From the NCBI GenBank assembly GCA_963761305.1, contig CAVXGK010000002.1:480001-544000 (forward strand): a stretch of DNA of 64,000 nt, given 5' to 3'. Below the pieces are notes generated by a model. That model was not told the DNA's origin. It saw only the letters and a program-made list of their open reading frames with translations, and made no database searches. Source of the stretch: an uncultured Gemmatimonadaceae bacterium. Its GTDB lineage: Bacteria; Gemmatimonadota; Gemmatimonadetes; Gemmatimonadales; Gemmatimonadaceae. A program made the position numbers and the translations under genes. Shown in pieces: positions 27,922 through 38,189 of this stretch (the stretch's first letter is position 1; each line of letters begins with the position of its first letter).

Positions 27922-29008
27922 CGTTCGTGTCGCGCGGCTCGCCGCGCTCGTCGATGCCATTACCGCGGCCCATCTCGATGGGCTGCTGGTCACCAGCCTG
28001 CCCAACATTCGTTATCTGACCGGCTTCTCGGGGTCGAGCGCGCTCTTGTTCGTCACCGCTCGGGATGCGCTGTTCATCACCGACTTTCGGTATCAGACGC
28101 AAATCGTCGACGAAGTCGGCGACTTTGCGCGCGTGGTGATCGAGCCGCAGAGCCTATGGGCCGGGCTGTGGCAGCAACTCGGCTCGCACGCTGGCCTGGA
28201 AGTGGCGGGCTTCGAATCCACGCATCTCGTGCATCGCGACTTTCAGCGTTTGCTCGAGGAGAGCGGCGGCGCGCGGTGGCAGTGGCGCCCGACGGTCGAT
28301 CTCGTCGAGACGTTGCGCGAGCGAAAGGATCCGAGCGAATTGGCGCTGATCGAAGCGGCCAACGGGATCGCGACGCGGGCGCTCGAGCACACGTTGCCCC
28401 AGCTTCGCGCCGGCATGACCGAACTACAGGTTGCCGGCGTGCTCGAAAAGGCGCTTCGCGACGAAGGCAGCGAAGGCTTTCCCTTTGAATCGATCGTCGC
28501 GTCGGGACCGCGATCGGCGCTGCCGCACGCGCGGTCCACGTCGCGCCGCGTGGACGACGGCGATTTCCTGCTGCTCGATTTTGGCGCCGAAACCGGCGGG
28601 TATTGCTCTGACATCACGCGCACCTTCGTGATGGGACGCGCCGCGGCCGAGCAGCGCGAGGTTTACGAAATTGTACGGGTGGCGAACGAGAGCGCGTCGC
28701 AGGGTGTGCGGGCCGGAATGTCGGGGCGGGATGCCGACGCCATCGCTCGCGAGTACATTCAGCGGCGCGGATTTGGCGAGCTGTTCGGGCACAGCCTCGG
28801 ACACGGCTTGGGGCTCGAGGTGCACGAAGCGCCGCGGCTCGCAAAGACGGCCGACGGGGCGTTGGCGGAAGGCGCGGTGGTGACGATCGAGCCGGGCATC
28901 TATCGCCCGGGATGGGGTGGGGTGCGGATCGAGGACGACGTCGTCCTTGCGGCGAGCGGTGCGCGGGTCCTCACGCGGTTCACGCACGAGCTGATCGAGC
29001 TCGGGTGA
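27914..29008 (+). CDS. Xaa-Pro peptidase (M24)
   Basis: NIRYLTGFSGS, DFG..YCSDITRT, HSLGHGLGLEVHEAP, TIEPGIY and VRIED. Confidence 0.95.
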   Translation: MSDVRVARLAALVDAITAAHLDGLLVTSLPNIRYLTGFSGSSALLFVTARDALFITDFRYQTQIVDEVGDFARVVIEPQSLWAGLWQQLGSHAGLEVAGFESTHLVHRDFQRLLEESGGARWQWRPTVDLVETLRERKDPSELALIEAANGIATRALEHTLPQLRAGMTELQVAGVLEKALRDEGSEGFPFESIVASGPRSALPHARSTSRRVDDGDFLLLDFGAETGGYCSDITRTFVMGRAAAEQREVYEIVRVANESASQGVRAGMSGRDADAIAREYIQRRGFGELFGHSLGHGLGLEVHEAPRLAKTADGALAEGAVVTIEPGIYRPGWGGVRIEDDVVLAASGARVLTRFTHELIELG

Positions 29009-29048
29009 TGACGCCAACTCGGTATCCGGCGCGACTCTTCGGAAGCCT

Positions 29049-29555
29049 ATGATCGACCTACGCTACGTCAAGAAATTGATCGACATCATCGACGAATCAA
29101 CCGTCGATTCGATCGAGATCACGTCGGACAAGGGCTTGAAGATCCGTATATCAAAAAGCCCCCAACAGCGCGGCGCGGTGCAGGTGGCCGCGCCGATGCC
29201 GATACCTACGATGGTACCAGCCGTTCCCACCGCCGGCGGGCGAACCTCTCCGGCGCAGGGTGTTCCGGCCGTCGCGGAACCCGAGGCGGCGGCGGAATCG
29301 GCGAAATCGGCCGCGCTCGACGTCAAATCACCGATGGTCGGCACGTACTACAAGTCACCGGAGCCGGGATCGAAGGCGTACGTCGTGGTCGGCGACCGCG
29401 TCAAGAAAGGCCAGATCCTGTGCATCATCGAGGCGATGAAGATCATGAACGAGATCGAGTCGGAGTTCTCCGGCGTCGTGCGCGAGATCCTCGTCGAGGA
29501 TGCACAGCCGGTCGAGTACGGCCAGGCCCTGTTTAGGATCGATCCCAATGGCTAA
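29049..29555 (+). CDS. accB: Acetyl-CoA carboxylase biotin carboxyl carrier protein
   Basis: SPMVGTYY and the EAMKIMNEI biotinylation motif. Confidence 0.96.
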   Translation: MIDLRYVKKLIDIIDESTVDSIEITSDKGLKIRISKSPQQRGAVQVAAPMPIPTMVPAVPTAGGRTSPAQGVPAVAEPEAAAESAKSAALDVKSPMVGTYYKSPEPGSKAYVVVGDRVKKGQILCIIEAMKIMNEIESEFSGVVREILVEDAQPVEYGQALFRIDPNG

Positions 29556-30750
29556 CGCTCCCGCCCCGCAGCAGGCGCCGACCGCACCCGCACCGTCGCC
29601 GATGGCGCCGCCGGCCGCGGCGCCCTCCGGCATCAACTTCAAGGCCGTTCTGCAGGAGATGATCCGGCGCAACGGCTCGGACATCCACCTCAAGGTCGGT
29701 CGGCCGCCGACGGTGCGCGTCGACGGCGAGTTGATCGCGCTCGAGCACGCGCCGCTGCGCCCCGAGGATCTCAAGAATCTCGCCGAGCAGCTCATGACGC
29801 CGCGGCAGGTCAATCTCTTCTCGGATGAGAAGGAGTGCGACTTCGCGATCGGCGTGCCGGGCATCGGCCGCTTCCGCGTGAACCTGTACCAGCAGCGCGG
29901 TTCGTTGTGCTTCGCGATGCGCGCGATTCCGTATCAGGCGCGCACGGTCACGGAACTGAACCTGCCGCCGGTGCTCGAGGAGATCGCGATGAAGCCGCGC
30001 GGCCTCGTGCTCGTGACCGGCGTGACGGGCTCGGGCAAGTCGACGACGCTGGCGGCGATGATCCAGCACATCAACCAGCATCGCCGCTCCAACGTGATCA
30101 CGATCGAAGATCCGATCGAGTTCCTGCACCGCGATCTGAACAGCCACATCAACCAGCGCGAGATCGGCACCGACACGGCGACGTTCGGCCAGGCGCTCCG
30201 CCGCGTGCTGCGCCAGGACCCCGACGTCATCCTCATCGGCGAAATTCGAGACCTCGAAACGCTCGACACGGCGCTCAAGGCGGCCGACACGGGCCACCTC
30301 GTTTTCTCGACGCTGCACACGACGGACGCGACACAGACGATCAACCGCGTGCTGTCGTTCTATCCGCCGCACCAGGCGGCCGAAGTCCGGTTCTCGCTGG
30401 CGAGCGCGCTCGCCGCGGTGGTCTCGCAGCGTCTCGTGCCGCGCGCCGACAAGGCCGGCCGAATTCCGGCGTGCGAAATCCTCATCAACACCGCCGCCGT
30501 GCGCGACAACATCCGCGACATGGAAAAGATGCTCAACATTCCGGACCTCATCAAAGAGGGCAACGTGCAGTACGGAATGCAGAGCTTCGACCAGTCGTTG
30601 ATGCATCTCTATTCCCAAGGCTCGATCTCCTACGAAAGCGCGCTGTTTTACGCGACCGCTCCCGCCGAGTTTGCCTTGCGGGTGCAGGGCGTCTCGGGAT
30701 CGAGCGACACGACGTGGACGGGGTTCGAAGGCGGCGCGAAGAGCAAGTAA
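29548..30750 (+). CDS. PilT/PilU-family type IV pilus ATPase
   Basis: SDIHLKVG.PP, RFRVN, Walker A GVTGSGKST, TIEDPIE, RQDPDVILIGEIRD, TGHLVFSTLH and GMQSFDQ. Confidence 0.95.
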   Translation: MANAPAPQQAPTAPAPSPMAPPAAAPSGINFKAVLQEMIRRNGSDIHLKVGRPPTVRVDGELIALEHAPLRPEDLKNLAEQLMTPRQVNLFSDEKECDFAIGVPGIGRFRVNLYQQRGSLCFAMRAIPYQARTVTELNLPPVLEEIAMKPRGLVLVTGVTGSGKSTTLAAMIQHINQHRRSNVITIEDPIEFLHRDLNSHINQREIGTDTATFGQALRRVLRQDPDVILIGEIRDLETLDTALKAADTGHLVFSTLHTTDATQTINRVLSFYPPHQAAEVRFSLASALAAVVSQRLVPRADKAGRIPACEILINTAAVRDNIRDMEKMLNIPDLIKEGNVQYGMQSFDQSLMHLYSQGSISYESALFYATAPAEFALRVQGVSGSSDTTWTGFEGGAKSK

Positions 30751-32106
30751 ATGTTCAACAAGGTGCTCATCGCCAACCGCGGCGAGATCGCACTGCGCGT
30801 CATCCGTGCCTGCCGTGAGCTCGGCGTGCAGACGGTTGCGGTGTACTCGGAGGCGGACCGCGAGTCGCTACACGTGCGCTTCGCCGACGACGACGTTTGC
30901 ATCGGTCCCGCGCCGGCGCGTGAATCGTACCTGAACATTCCGCGCCTGATCGCCGCCGCCGAGATCACCGGCGCCGACGCGATCCATCCCGGATACGGAT
31001 TCCTCGCCGAGAACGCGGAGTTCGCCGACATCTGCGCCGCGTCGAAGATCGCGTTCATCGGCCCGACGGGCGATCAGATTCGCATGATGGGCGACAAGGC
31101 CGCCGCGCGTGGCGCGATGACCAAAGTCGGTGTGCCGATCATCCCGGGCACACCGGGCCCGGTAGAAGACGTCGATGAAGCGCTGGAGTTCGCGCGCGGC
31201 ATCGGATTTCCCGTCATCATCAAGGCGGCGGCCGGCGGCGGCGGCAAGGGAATGCGCGTGGCGCGCGACCCGGATGATTTCGCGCGCTCGTTCCAGCTCG
31301 CGCGATCAGAAGCTCTTTCCGCCTTCGGCAACGGCGACGTTTATGTCGAGAAGTACTTGGCACGTCCCCGCCACATAGAATTTCAGATCCTCGGCGACAC
31401 GTTCGGCCACGTGATTCACCTCGGCGAGCGTGATTGCTCGGTGCAGCGTCGCCACCAGAAGCTGATCGAGGAAGCGCCGAGTCCGGCGATGACGCCCAAG
31501 TTGCGCGAAGAGATGGGTCGCGCGGCGGTCGCGGGAGCGAAGGCGATCGACTACGTCGGCGCCGGCACGATCGAGATGCTGCTCGACGAGGATGGATCGT
31601 ACTTCTTCATGGAGATGAACACGCGCATCCAGGTCGAACATCCGGTCACCGAGATGCTCACCGGGATCGACCTCGTGAAGGAACAGATCCGGGTCGCAGC
31701 GGGCGAGCCGCTGAGCGTGACCGAGCTGCCGGAGCTGCGCGGCCACGTGATCGAGGTCCGCGTGAACGCCGAGGATCCGTCGCGGAACTTTCAGCCGTCG
31801 CCGGGCAAAATCCTCACCTTTCATCCGCCGGGCGGCCCAGGTGTGCGCTTGGACACACACGTCTACGACGGCTACACGGTGCCGCCGTACTATGATTCGC
31901 TCTTGGCGAAGCTCATTTGCCAAGGTCGCGACCGCGCCGAGGCGATCGCGCGCATGCATGTAGCGCTCGACGGGTTTATCATCGAAGGCGTGACGACGAC
32001 GATTCCGTTCCTCGCACGCGTGATGCAGAACCCCCGGTTCGTCGCCGGGCAGGTGGACACGAAGTTCCTCGAGCGTGAGACGGAGCTGTTCAAGGAGCCG
32101 GCATAG
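30751..32106 (+). CDS. accC: Biotin carboxylase
   Basis: [27 protein letters not shown] and [10 protein letters not shown]. Confidence 0.97.
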   Translation: MFNKVLIANRGEIALRVIRACRELGVQTVAVYSEADRESLHVRFADDDVCIGPAPARESYLNIPRLIAAAEITGADAIHPGYGFLAENAEFADICAASKIAFIGPTGDQIRMMGDKAAARGAMTKVGVPIIPGTPGPVEDVDEALEFARGIGFPVIIKAAAGGGGKGMRVARDPDDFARSFQLARSEALSAFGNGDVYVEKYLARPRHIEFQILGDTFGHVIHLGERDCSVQRRHQKLIEEAPSPAMTPKLREEMGRAAVAGAKAIDYVGAGTIEMLLDEDGSYFFMEMNTRIQVEHPVTEMLTGIDLVKEQIRVAAGEPLSVTELPELRGHVIEVRVNAEDPSRNFQPSPGKILTFHPPGGPGVRLDTHVYDGYTVPPYYDSLLAKLICQGRDRAEAIARMHVALDGFIIEGVTTTIPFLARVMQNPRFVAGQVDTKFLERETELFKEPA

Positions 32107-32125
32107 GTGAGGGTCGACCGATAGC

Positions 32126-34465
32126 GTGAGCAGTGCGACGCTGAAACGCGAAGTCACCGGGATTGCGCTGCTGCTCCTCGCAGTTTTCCTCGCGGGCGCG
32201 TTCGTCGCGCTGGCGCTGGCGCAGTTGCGCACGGGCGTCAGCGTCGAAGCGAACGTCGGACCGGTGGGGGAATTCCTGTCGCAGCCGCTGGTGGCGTTCT
32301 TCGGCTGGCCCGCGGCGATTCTCATTCCGCTCGTGCCGGCGGTGCACGCGCTGAGACTGTTCGGACGCCTCGAGTCGAGCACCGATCGGTCGTGGATGAT
32401 CTTTTTCGCCGGCCTGGTGCTGCTCGTGCCGGTCGTGCTCGCGCTGTCGATCGCCTCGGCGGAACCGGGATTCGCGAGTGCGGGCATTTGGGGGGAAGCA
32501 ATCGCCGCATGGTGGCGCAGCTGGTTCGGCGCATTCGGCGCGTGGGTGCTCGTCGCGCTCGCGGCGTCGGTGCTGACGGCGACCACGCTGGCGTGGAATC
32601 CGATCCGAGCGCTCGTCGGTCGAAGGCCTGCGCCGTTGGCGGCTGCCGTCGAAACGCCGGAGACGAAGCCGCGTCGGAAGCGCGACAAGAATGCCCCCGA
32701 GCCGACCGACGCCGACCGCGCCCTCGCCCTCGAGCCGTCGTTCGACGAGATGCCGGCGATCGACCCGCTCCGGGCGATCGAGAGCGGCGATCGCGTCGAC
32801 GCTGACCCGGCTGACTCGAAGCGTCGCAAGAAGAAATCGAAGGCCGAGGCGGCGGCCGACCACGACGCGGAGATCGCGGCAGCGATCGATGCCACCGCGT
32901 ACGTCGAGATCGGCGGCGACGAGCTCCCGTCGCCGGAGCTGCTGACGCCCGGCGTGGCGCGCCGGGCCGACGCGAGCGACGAGATCGACGAGATGGGCCG
33001 CAAGCTCATGAACGCGCTGGCGACGTTCCGCGTCGAGGGCGAGCTCGTGGGACGCACGACCGGACCGGTGGTGACGCAGTACGAGATCGAGCCGGCACCC
33101 GGCGTGAAAGTCCGCCAGATCGCGAATCTGTCGAACGACCTCGCGCTCGCGATGCGCGCGGCGTCGATTCGCATCGTCGCGCCGATTCCAGGGCGCGGCG
33201 CGGTGGGCGTCGAGGTGCCCAACCCGGTTTCGGAGATCGTCGCGCTGCGCGAGCTGATCGAGACGCGGGATTTTCAGAACGCGCGCGCCGCGCTGCCGAT
33301 CGTGCTCGGGAAGGATCTCGAAGGGAAGCCGGTCGTCGCGGATCTGGCGAAGATGCCGCACCTGCTCATCGCCGGCGCGACGGGCTCGGGAAAATCGGTG
33401 TGCGTGAACACGATCATCACAAGCCTCGTCTATCGACACACGCCCAAGACGCTGCGTCTGCTGATGGTCGATCCGAAGATGGTCGAGCTGTCGGTGTACA
33501 ACACGCTGCCGCATCTTCGCCACAAGGTGATCACCGACAACCGCGACGCGGCGTCAGTGCTCAAGTGGGCGGTGCTCGAGATGCAAGAGCGCTACGAGCT
33601 GCTCGCCGCCAACGGATGCCGCAACGTGCAGGAGTTCAACAAGCGGGTGCAGGACGGCGCCCAGCTCAAGCTGCCGAAGAACGCCGCCGTCGCGTTCGAG
33701 GAGCTGACGTACAAGGGCAACGTGCTGCCGTACATCGTCGTCATCGTCGACGAGATGGCGGATCTCATGATGACGGTGCCCGGTGAAGTGGAAACGCCGA
33801 TCGCCATGCTGGCACAGAAGGCGCGCGCGATCGGCATCCATCTCATCCTTGCCACGCAGCGGCCGAGCGTGAACGTCATCACGGGCCTGATCAAAGCCAA
33901 CTTTCCCAGTCGGATCGCCTTTCGAGTCGCCTCACAGATCGACAGCCGCACCATCATCGACGGCGCCGGCGCCGAGATGCTCCTCGGCAACGGCGACATG
34001 CTGTTCATCCCGCCCGGCAAGTCGGAGCCTGCTCGTCTTCAAGGCGCGTTTCTGTCGAGCGAGGACACCGAGCAGCTGATGGGTTGGTATCAAGGCAGGA
34101 AGGACGCGAAGCGCGCGGCGCTCGCCGCTCAGGGACTCGTGCTCGACGAGTCGTTCGACGCCGAGCCGGACATCCTCGAGGCCGTGCGGCAGAAGGAAGC
34201 GATGGAGGCCGGGCAGGTGGAGAGCGACGCCGACGCCGGCGATCGCGACAAGCTGTTCAGAGAGGCCGCGGAGGTCGTCGTCCAGAATCAGCAGGGCTCG
34301 ACGTCGTTGTTGCAGCGGCGTCTCAAGGTCGGCTACGGACGTGCGGCGCGGATCATCGATCAACTCCACGCCGCGGGCGTGCTCGGTCCGCCGGACGGCC
34401 CGAAGCCGCGCGACGTGCTCGTGGGACTCGACGAACTGGATCGGATCTGTGGACCGCGGACGTAG
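32126..34465 (+). CDS. ftsK: DNA translocase FtsK
   Basis: N-terminal TMs, MPHLLIAGATGSGKS, ATQRPS and gamma domain LQRRLKVGYGRAAR. Confidence 0.96.
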   Translation: MSSATLKREVTGIALLLLAVFLAGAFVALALAQLRTGVSVEANVGPVGEFLSQPLVAFFGWPAAILIPLVPAVHALRLFGRLESSTDRSWMIFFAGLVLLVPVVLALSIASAEPGFASAGIWGEAIAAWWRSWFGAFGAWVLVALAASVLTATTLAWNPIRALVGRRPAPLAAAVETPETKPRRKRDKNAPEPTDADRALALEPSFDEMPAIDPLRAIESGDRVDADPADSKRRKKKSKAEAAADHDAEIAAAIDATAYVEIGGDELPSPELLTPGVARRADASDEIDEMGRKLMNALATFRVEGELVGRTTGPVVTQYEIEPAPGVKVRQIANLSNDLALAMRAASIRIVAPIPGRGAVGVEVPNPVSEIVALRELIETRDFQNARAALPIVLGKDLEGKPVVADLAKMPHLLIAGATGSGKSVCVNTIITSLVYRHTPKTLRLLMVDPKMVELSVYNTLPHLRHKVITDNRDAASVLKWAVLEMQERYELLAANGCRNVQEFNKRVQDGAQLKLPKNAAVAFEELTYKGNVLPYIVVIVDEMADLMMTVPGEVETPIAMLAQKARAIGIHLILATQRPSVNVITGLIKANFPSRIAFRVASQIDSRTIIDGAGAEMLLGNGDMLFIPPGKSEPARLQGAFLSSEDTEQLMGWYQGRKDAKRAALAAQGLVLDESFDAEPDILEAVRQKEAMEAGQVESDADAGDRDKLFREAAEVVVQNQQGSTSLLQRRLKVGYGRAARIIDQLHAAGVLGPPDGPKPRDVLVGLDELDRICGPRT

Positions 34466-35207
34466 CGCGCTGGTCGCCGTCGTCGCGCTCGCGTGTTTGA
34501 CGCGTGGCGCGCACGCGCAGAATCCCGTCGACACGACGGCGCATCGCGCGCGCATCGATGTGTCGACGCTGCGGCCGAGTCAGTTCGTCTACGTCACGAC
34601 GCTCGAGCGCGACGCGTCGACGGTGCCAATCGGCACGCGCACGGTGACCGTGTCGCAGGCGACGTACGCCGCCGCACCCACTTGGCTGCTCGTCGAACAA
34701 CGCGCGGGCGGTGGGATTCCATCGGAAGACTCGCTCTTCGCCGACGTGGGCGCGCTGCGCCCGGTTCACTGGTCGGCGACGACCGGCCAAGCGCACATCG
34801 CCCTCGAGTTCCGCGGCGACAGCGCGTTCGGCGGCACCAGCTCGCCGGCTGGACGGCGCTCGATCATGTTGCCGGTGCCGCCGGGAACGATGGTCAGCGG
34901 CGCGCTGCTGGAGACGATGCTGCGACTGTTTCCGCTGCAGACGGCGTGGGAGGACTCGATGTCGGTGCTGCAGGTCGGGGTGGGGAGCAACAGCGTACTG
35001 GCGGCGCGCATCGCCGTGATCGGCGAGGACCGCGTCCGCGTGCCGGCGGGGACGTTCGACTGCTGGGTGGTGTCGGTGCACGCCGATCAGACGAAAGGAT
35101 TGTACTGGGTGACGAAGAGCGACCCTATCGTGGTGCGGAGCACGTTGGACGTGCCGATGATGGGCGGTGCCCAACTGGTGAGCGCGCTGGACCGAATCAC
35201 GAAGTAG
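34449..35207 (+). CDS. Hypothetical secreted protein (DUF3108-like)
   Basis: Signal peptide ending AHA-Q and motif EDRVRVPAGTFDCW. Confidence 0.6.
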   Translation: MDRGRSALVAVVALACLTRGAHAQNPVDTTAHRARIDVSTLRPSQFVYVTTLERDASTVPIGTRTVTVSQATYAAAPTWLLVEQRAGGGIPSEDSLFADVGALRPVHWSATTGQAHIALEFRGDSAFGGTSSPAGRRSIMLPVPPGTMVSGALLETMLRLFPLQTAWEDSMSVLQVGVGSNSVLAARIAVIGEDRVRVPAGTFDCWVVSVHADQTKGLYWVTKSDPIVVRSTLDVPMMGGAQLVSALDRITK

Positions 35208-35322
35208 TGACTCGTCGGGACTGAGATGTGGCGTGAGGAACCCGCCGAAGTGTGAAATGGAATGCTCCCGTCGGCGGTCTTTCGGTGACGGAGCCCCGCC
35301 GCCCTGACCGTAGGTTGGCCCC

Positions 35323-35697
35323 ATGTCAGCGGCCAGGCAGCAATTCGGAGCGCTCGGGGAGCGGATCGCAGAGCGATGGCTCACGCGGCACGGCTGGCGA
35401 GTGATGCAGCGGCGGTTTCGAAGCGGACATCGGGACATCGACCTCGTGGTCGAGCGTGAAGGCACCGTGGCATTCGTCGAGGTAAAAGCGCGGCGCGGCG
35501 CCGAGTTTGGCGATCCGGTGGAGGCGGTGAATTGGAGCAAGCAGCGCGAGCTGATCCGCTCCGCCTCGGTGTGGATCGACCGGCACGGCCGGCCCGATGA
35601 TTCGTACCGCTTCGACGTCGTCGGTGTGCTCGTGGAAGGCGAGCGCGTGCGGGTGCGGCACGTGGCCAACGCGTTCGAGCTTCGCGATTCCGCGTGA
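35323..35697 (+). CDS. YraN family (UPF0102) nuclease-like protein
   Basis: GALGE..A, DIDLV, FVEVKAR and RFDVV. Confidence 0.92.
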   Translation: MSAARQQFGALGERIAERWLTRHGWRVMQRRFRSGHRDIDLVVEREGTVAFVEVKARRGAEFGDPVEAVNWSKQRELIRSASVWIDRHGRPDDSYRFDVVGVLVEGERVRVRHVANAFELRDSA

Positions 35698-35706
35698 AGT
35701 TGCCAG

Positions 35707-35739
35707 TTGAATTCGCCCAACCGGTTTCGTATTTTGTTC
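35707..35739 (+). promoter_or_regulatory. recA promoter with overlapping candidate LexA box
   Basis: TTGAAT-17 nt-TATTTT; TTTC-N7-GTTC at 35725-35739. Confidence 0.6.
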
Positions 35740-35818
35740 GGGTATCGAGCGCCCCCGTGTTTTCCGCTACGATTACGCTGAATGGCCAGAGCGGACGTCT
35801 AACCGAGAGGATGAGAGC

Positions 35819-36862
35819 ATGGCTGTGTCGACCTTGCAGGACGACAAGAAGAAGGCGTTGAATCTGGCCATCGCGCAGATCGAAAAGAGTTGCGGCAAGG
35901 GCTCGATCATGCGCCTGGGGGCGGACCAGAAGGTCCGGGTGGAGTCCATCTCCACCGGGGCGATCAATCTCGACGCGGCGATCGGCGTGGGGGGCATTCC
36001 GCGCGGCCGCATCACCGAGATCTACGGCCCTGAATCGAGCGGCAAGACGACGTTGTGCCTCCACGTCGTCGCCAACGCGCAGCGGAACGGCGGCGTCGCG
36101 GCGTACATCGACGCCGAGCACGCGCTCGACACCGAGTACGCGAGAAAGCTGGGCGTCGACATCGAGGCGCTGCTCATCTCGCAGCCTGACACCGGCGAGC
36201 AGGCACTCGAGATCTGTGAGATCCTCGTGCGATCGGGTGCCGTGGACGTCGTCGTCATCGATTCGGTGGCTGCACTCGTGCCAAAAGCCGAAATCGAAGG
36301 GGACATGGGCGAGTCGCACATGGGCTTGCAAGCGCGGCTCATGAGCCAGGCGCTGCGCAAGCTCACCGGATCGATCGCGCGCTCCAAGACGTCGGTCGTG
36401 TTCATCAACCAGCTGCGCGAAAAGATCGGCGTCATGTTCGGCAATCCCGAAACGACGACGGGCGGCAAGGCGCTCAAGTTCTACGCGTCGGTGCGTCTCG
36501 ACATCCGTCGCATCGGGCCGGTGAAGGACAAGGAAGACGTCGTCGGCTCGCACGTGCGCGTTAAGGTCGTGAAGAACAAAGTCGCCGCGCCGTTCAAGCA
36601 AGCCGAATTCGACATCATGTACGCGGAAGGCATCAGCCACGCGAGCCTCGTGTTGGACATCGCGTCGGAAGCGGGGATCATCGACAAGTCGGGTGCGTGG
36701 TACGCGTACAACGGCCAGAAGATCGGACAGGGGCGCGAGAACGCGAAGCTCTATCTGCGCGACACGCCGGCGCTCATGGCCGAAGTCGAAGAGAAGGTGA
36801 AGACGCTGCTCGGCGTCGGGCCGCGCGAGGTGATCAGCGACATCGAGGTCACCGAGGAGTAG
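35819..36862 (+). CDS. recA: Recombinase A
   Basis: [15 protein letters not shown] and [17 protein letters not shown]. Confidence 0.99.
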   Translation: MAVSTLQDDKKKALNLAIAQIEKSCGKGSIMRLGADQKVRVESISTGAINLDAAIGVGGIPRGRITEIYGPESSGKTTLCLHVVANAQRNGGVAAYIDAEHALDTEYARKLGVDIEALLISQPDTGEQALEICEILVRSGAVDVVVIDSVAALVPKAEIEGDMGESHMGLQARLMSQALRKLTGSIARSKTSVVFINQLREKIGVMFGNPETTTGGKALKFYASVRLDIRRIGPVKDKEDVVGSHVRVKVVKNKVAAPFKQAEFDIMYAEGISHASLVLDIASEAGIIDKSGAWYAYNGQKIGQGRENAKLYLRDTPALMAEVEEKVKTLLGVGPREVISDIEVTEE

Positions 36863-36887
36863 GTTGCGCCGCGAGCCGATGCAATCG

Positions 36888-36964
36888 GCCGGAGAGAAGC
36901 AGGCTGTGACGACGGAACCCGGATGTTTCCGTCGAACCAGGCTGCGACTCTCCGGCTTCTTTCT
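36888..36964 (+). terminator. Stem-loop between recA and recX
   Basis: GCCGGAGAG...CTCTCCGGC outer stem, CGACGGAA/TTCCGTCG inner stem, then TTCTTTCT. Confidence 0.55.
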
Positions 36965-36970
36965 CCCGCG

Positions 36971-37498
36971 ATGACGAACCCACGCGAGCAAATGACGCCG
37001 AGCGCCGGACGCGCTCGCCGAACGACCTACGATCGCGCGCTCGACATGCTCGAGTCGAGGTCGCGCAGCGTCGTCGAGCTTCGACGCAGGCTCCTTCGAA
37101 AAGGGGAGCCGGAGCACGATGTCGACGCGGCGATCGAACGTTTGTGCGGCGCCGGTCTCCTCGACGACGCGAATTACGCGCGCCAGCTCGCGCGTTCCAA
37201 GGCGCTGAACGCCGGTCAATCGCGCCGCCGAATCGGACAGGAGCTCGCCAAGCGCGGCGTGGAGCGATCCATCGCCGATGCGGCCATCGCGGACGTCTTC
37301 GACGAGGAGGAGGTCGACGAGACTGCGGCGATCGACCGCGCCGCACAAAAGAAAGCGCGATCCCTCGGCGCGCTGGATCCGACGACGCGCCAACGGCGCC
37401 TCTACGCGTTTCTCGCGCGGCGTGGATACGCCAGTGATGCCATCGCGGCGGCCATTCGCCGTGCACTCGACGAGGGGTCCGGCGGCGCCAGTGAGTAG
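36971..37498 (+). CDS. recX: Regulatory protein RecX
   Basis: RSVVELRRRL, GLLDDANYA, IGQELAKRGV and FLARRGY; downstream of recA. Confidence 0.9.
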   Translation: MTNPREQMTPSAGRARRTTYDRALDMLESRSRSVVELRRRLLRKGEPEHDVDAAIERLCGAGLLDDANYARQLARSKALNAGQSRRRIGQELAKRGVERSIADAAIADVFDEEEVDETAAIDRAAQKKARSLGALDPTTRQRRLYAFLARRGYASDAIAAAIRRALDEGSGGASE

Positions 37499-38072
37499 AG
37501 TGGCGACGGCTGGTTTGGCGATCGCGCTTTCGCTCGGGGCCGGCGCGAGAGCGCCTGGGCAAGTTCCGCGGCGAGGTGTGGCGCGTTCGTTCGAGAACGT
37601 GAACGGGCCAGCCGCAGGCGAACGTGACTCGGCGGACTGGAAAGCCTGGGCGTCGATCAGCCTCTTGGGCGCGACGATCCGTGCGCCCGAGTATTCACGT
37701 TCTCGGTTCGGCGCGAGCGGAGGAGCGCTTTCGCTGTGGGCGACCTACCATCGGTTCGCGCTCTCGGTGCACTCGATGGGGATTCCGGTCTATACGGATG
37801 GTTCCTTGGGAGTCGGGGAACAAGCCATTCTTGGTGGAGTTCATTTTCCCGTGGGGAGGAGAAGCGATTTCGTCGTTGCCATTGGCGGCGGTCGCAGCGT
37901 CGGAACGGGATTCCTCGAAGCGGCGAATGGAGAGTCGATGTTCGACGCCGCGGCACAGCTCGACATGAACTACCGTGTCGTCGGCATCGGGCTCGAGGCG
38001 ATTGCCGGAGTTGCCCCGTCGCGTCGGTATTTGGCGACAGGCGTGGCGTTTTCGCTCGGCTGGTTTCGATAG
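37491..38072 (+). CDS. Hypothetical outer-membrane beta-barrel-like protein
   Basis: Signal-like N-terminus, Gly/aromatic amphipathic strands and C-terminal GVAFSLGWFR. Confidence 0.5.
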   Translation: MSRVATAGLAIALSLGAGARAPGQVPRRGVARSFENVNGPAAGERDSADWKAWASISLLGATIRAPEYSRSRFGASGGALSLWATYHRFALSVHSMGIPVYTDGSLGVGEQAILGGVHFPVGRRSDFVVAIGGGRSVGTGFLEAANGESMFDAAAQLDMNYRVVGIGLEAIAGVAPSRRYLATGVAFSLGWFR

Positions 38073-38189
38073 GCTCTGCTGTGCTGATGATTGCGGCGAC
38101 CCCTCTCGCGAAAGCCGGTGATCGCCTTCGGAGGGTTCTGAAACACCCTGGCGGCTGATCGGCCCGGCTCGGCGTCCTATATTCAGCGT

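Noticed and set aside
35208..35322. Intergenic region before yraN as a riboswitch or ncRNA
   Set aside because: No recognisable conserved motif; the promoter appears to sit directly at the start codon.
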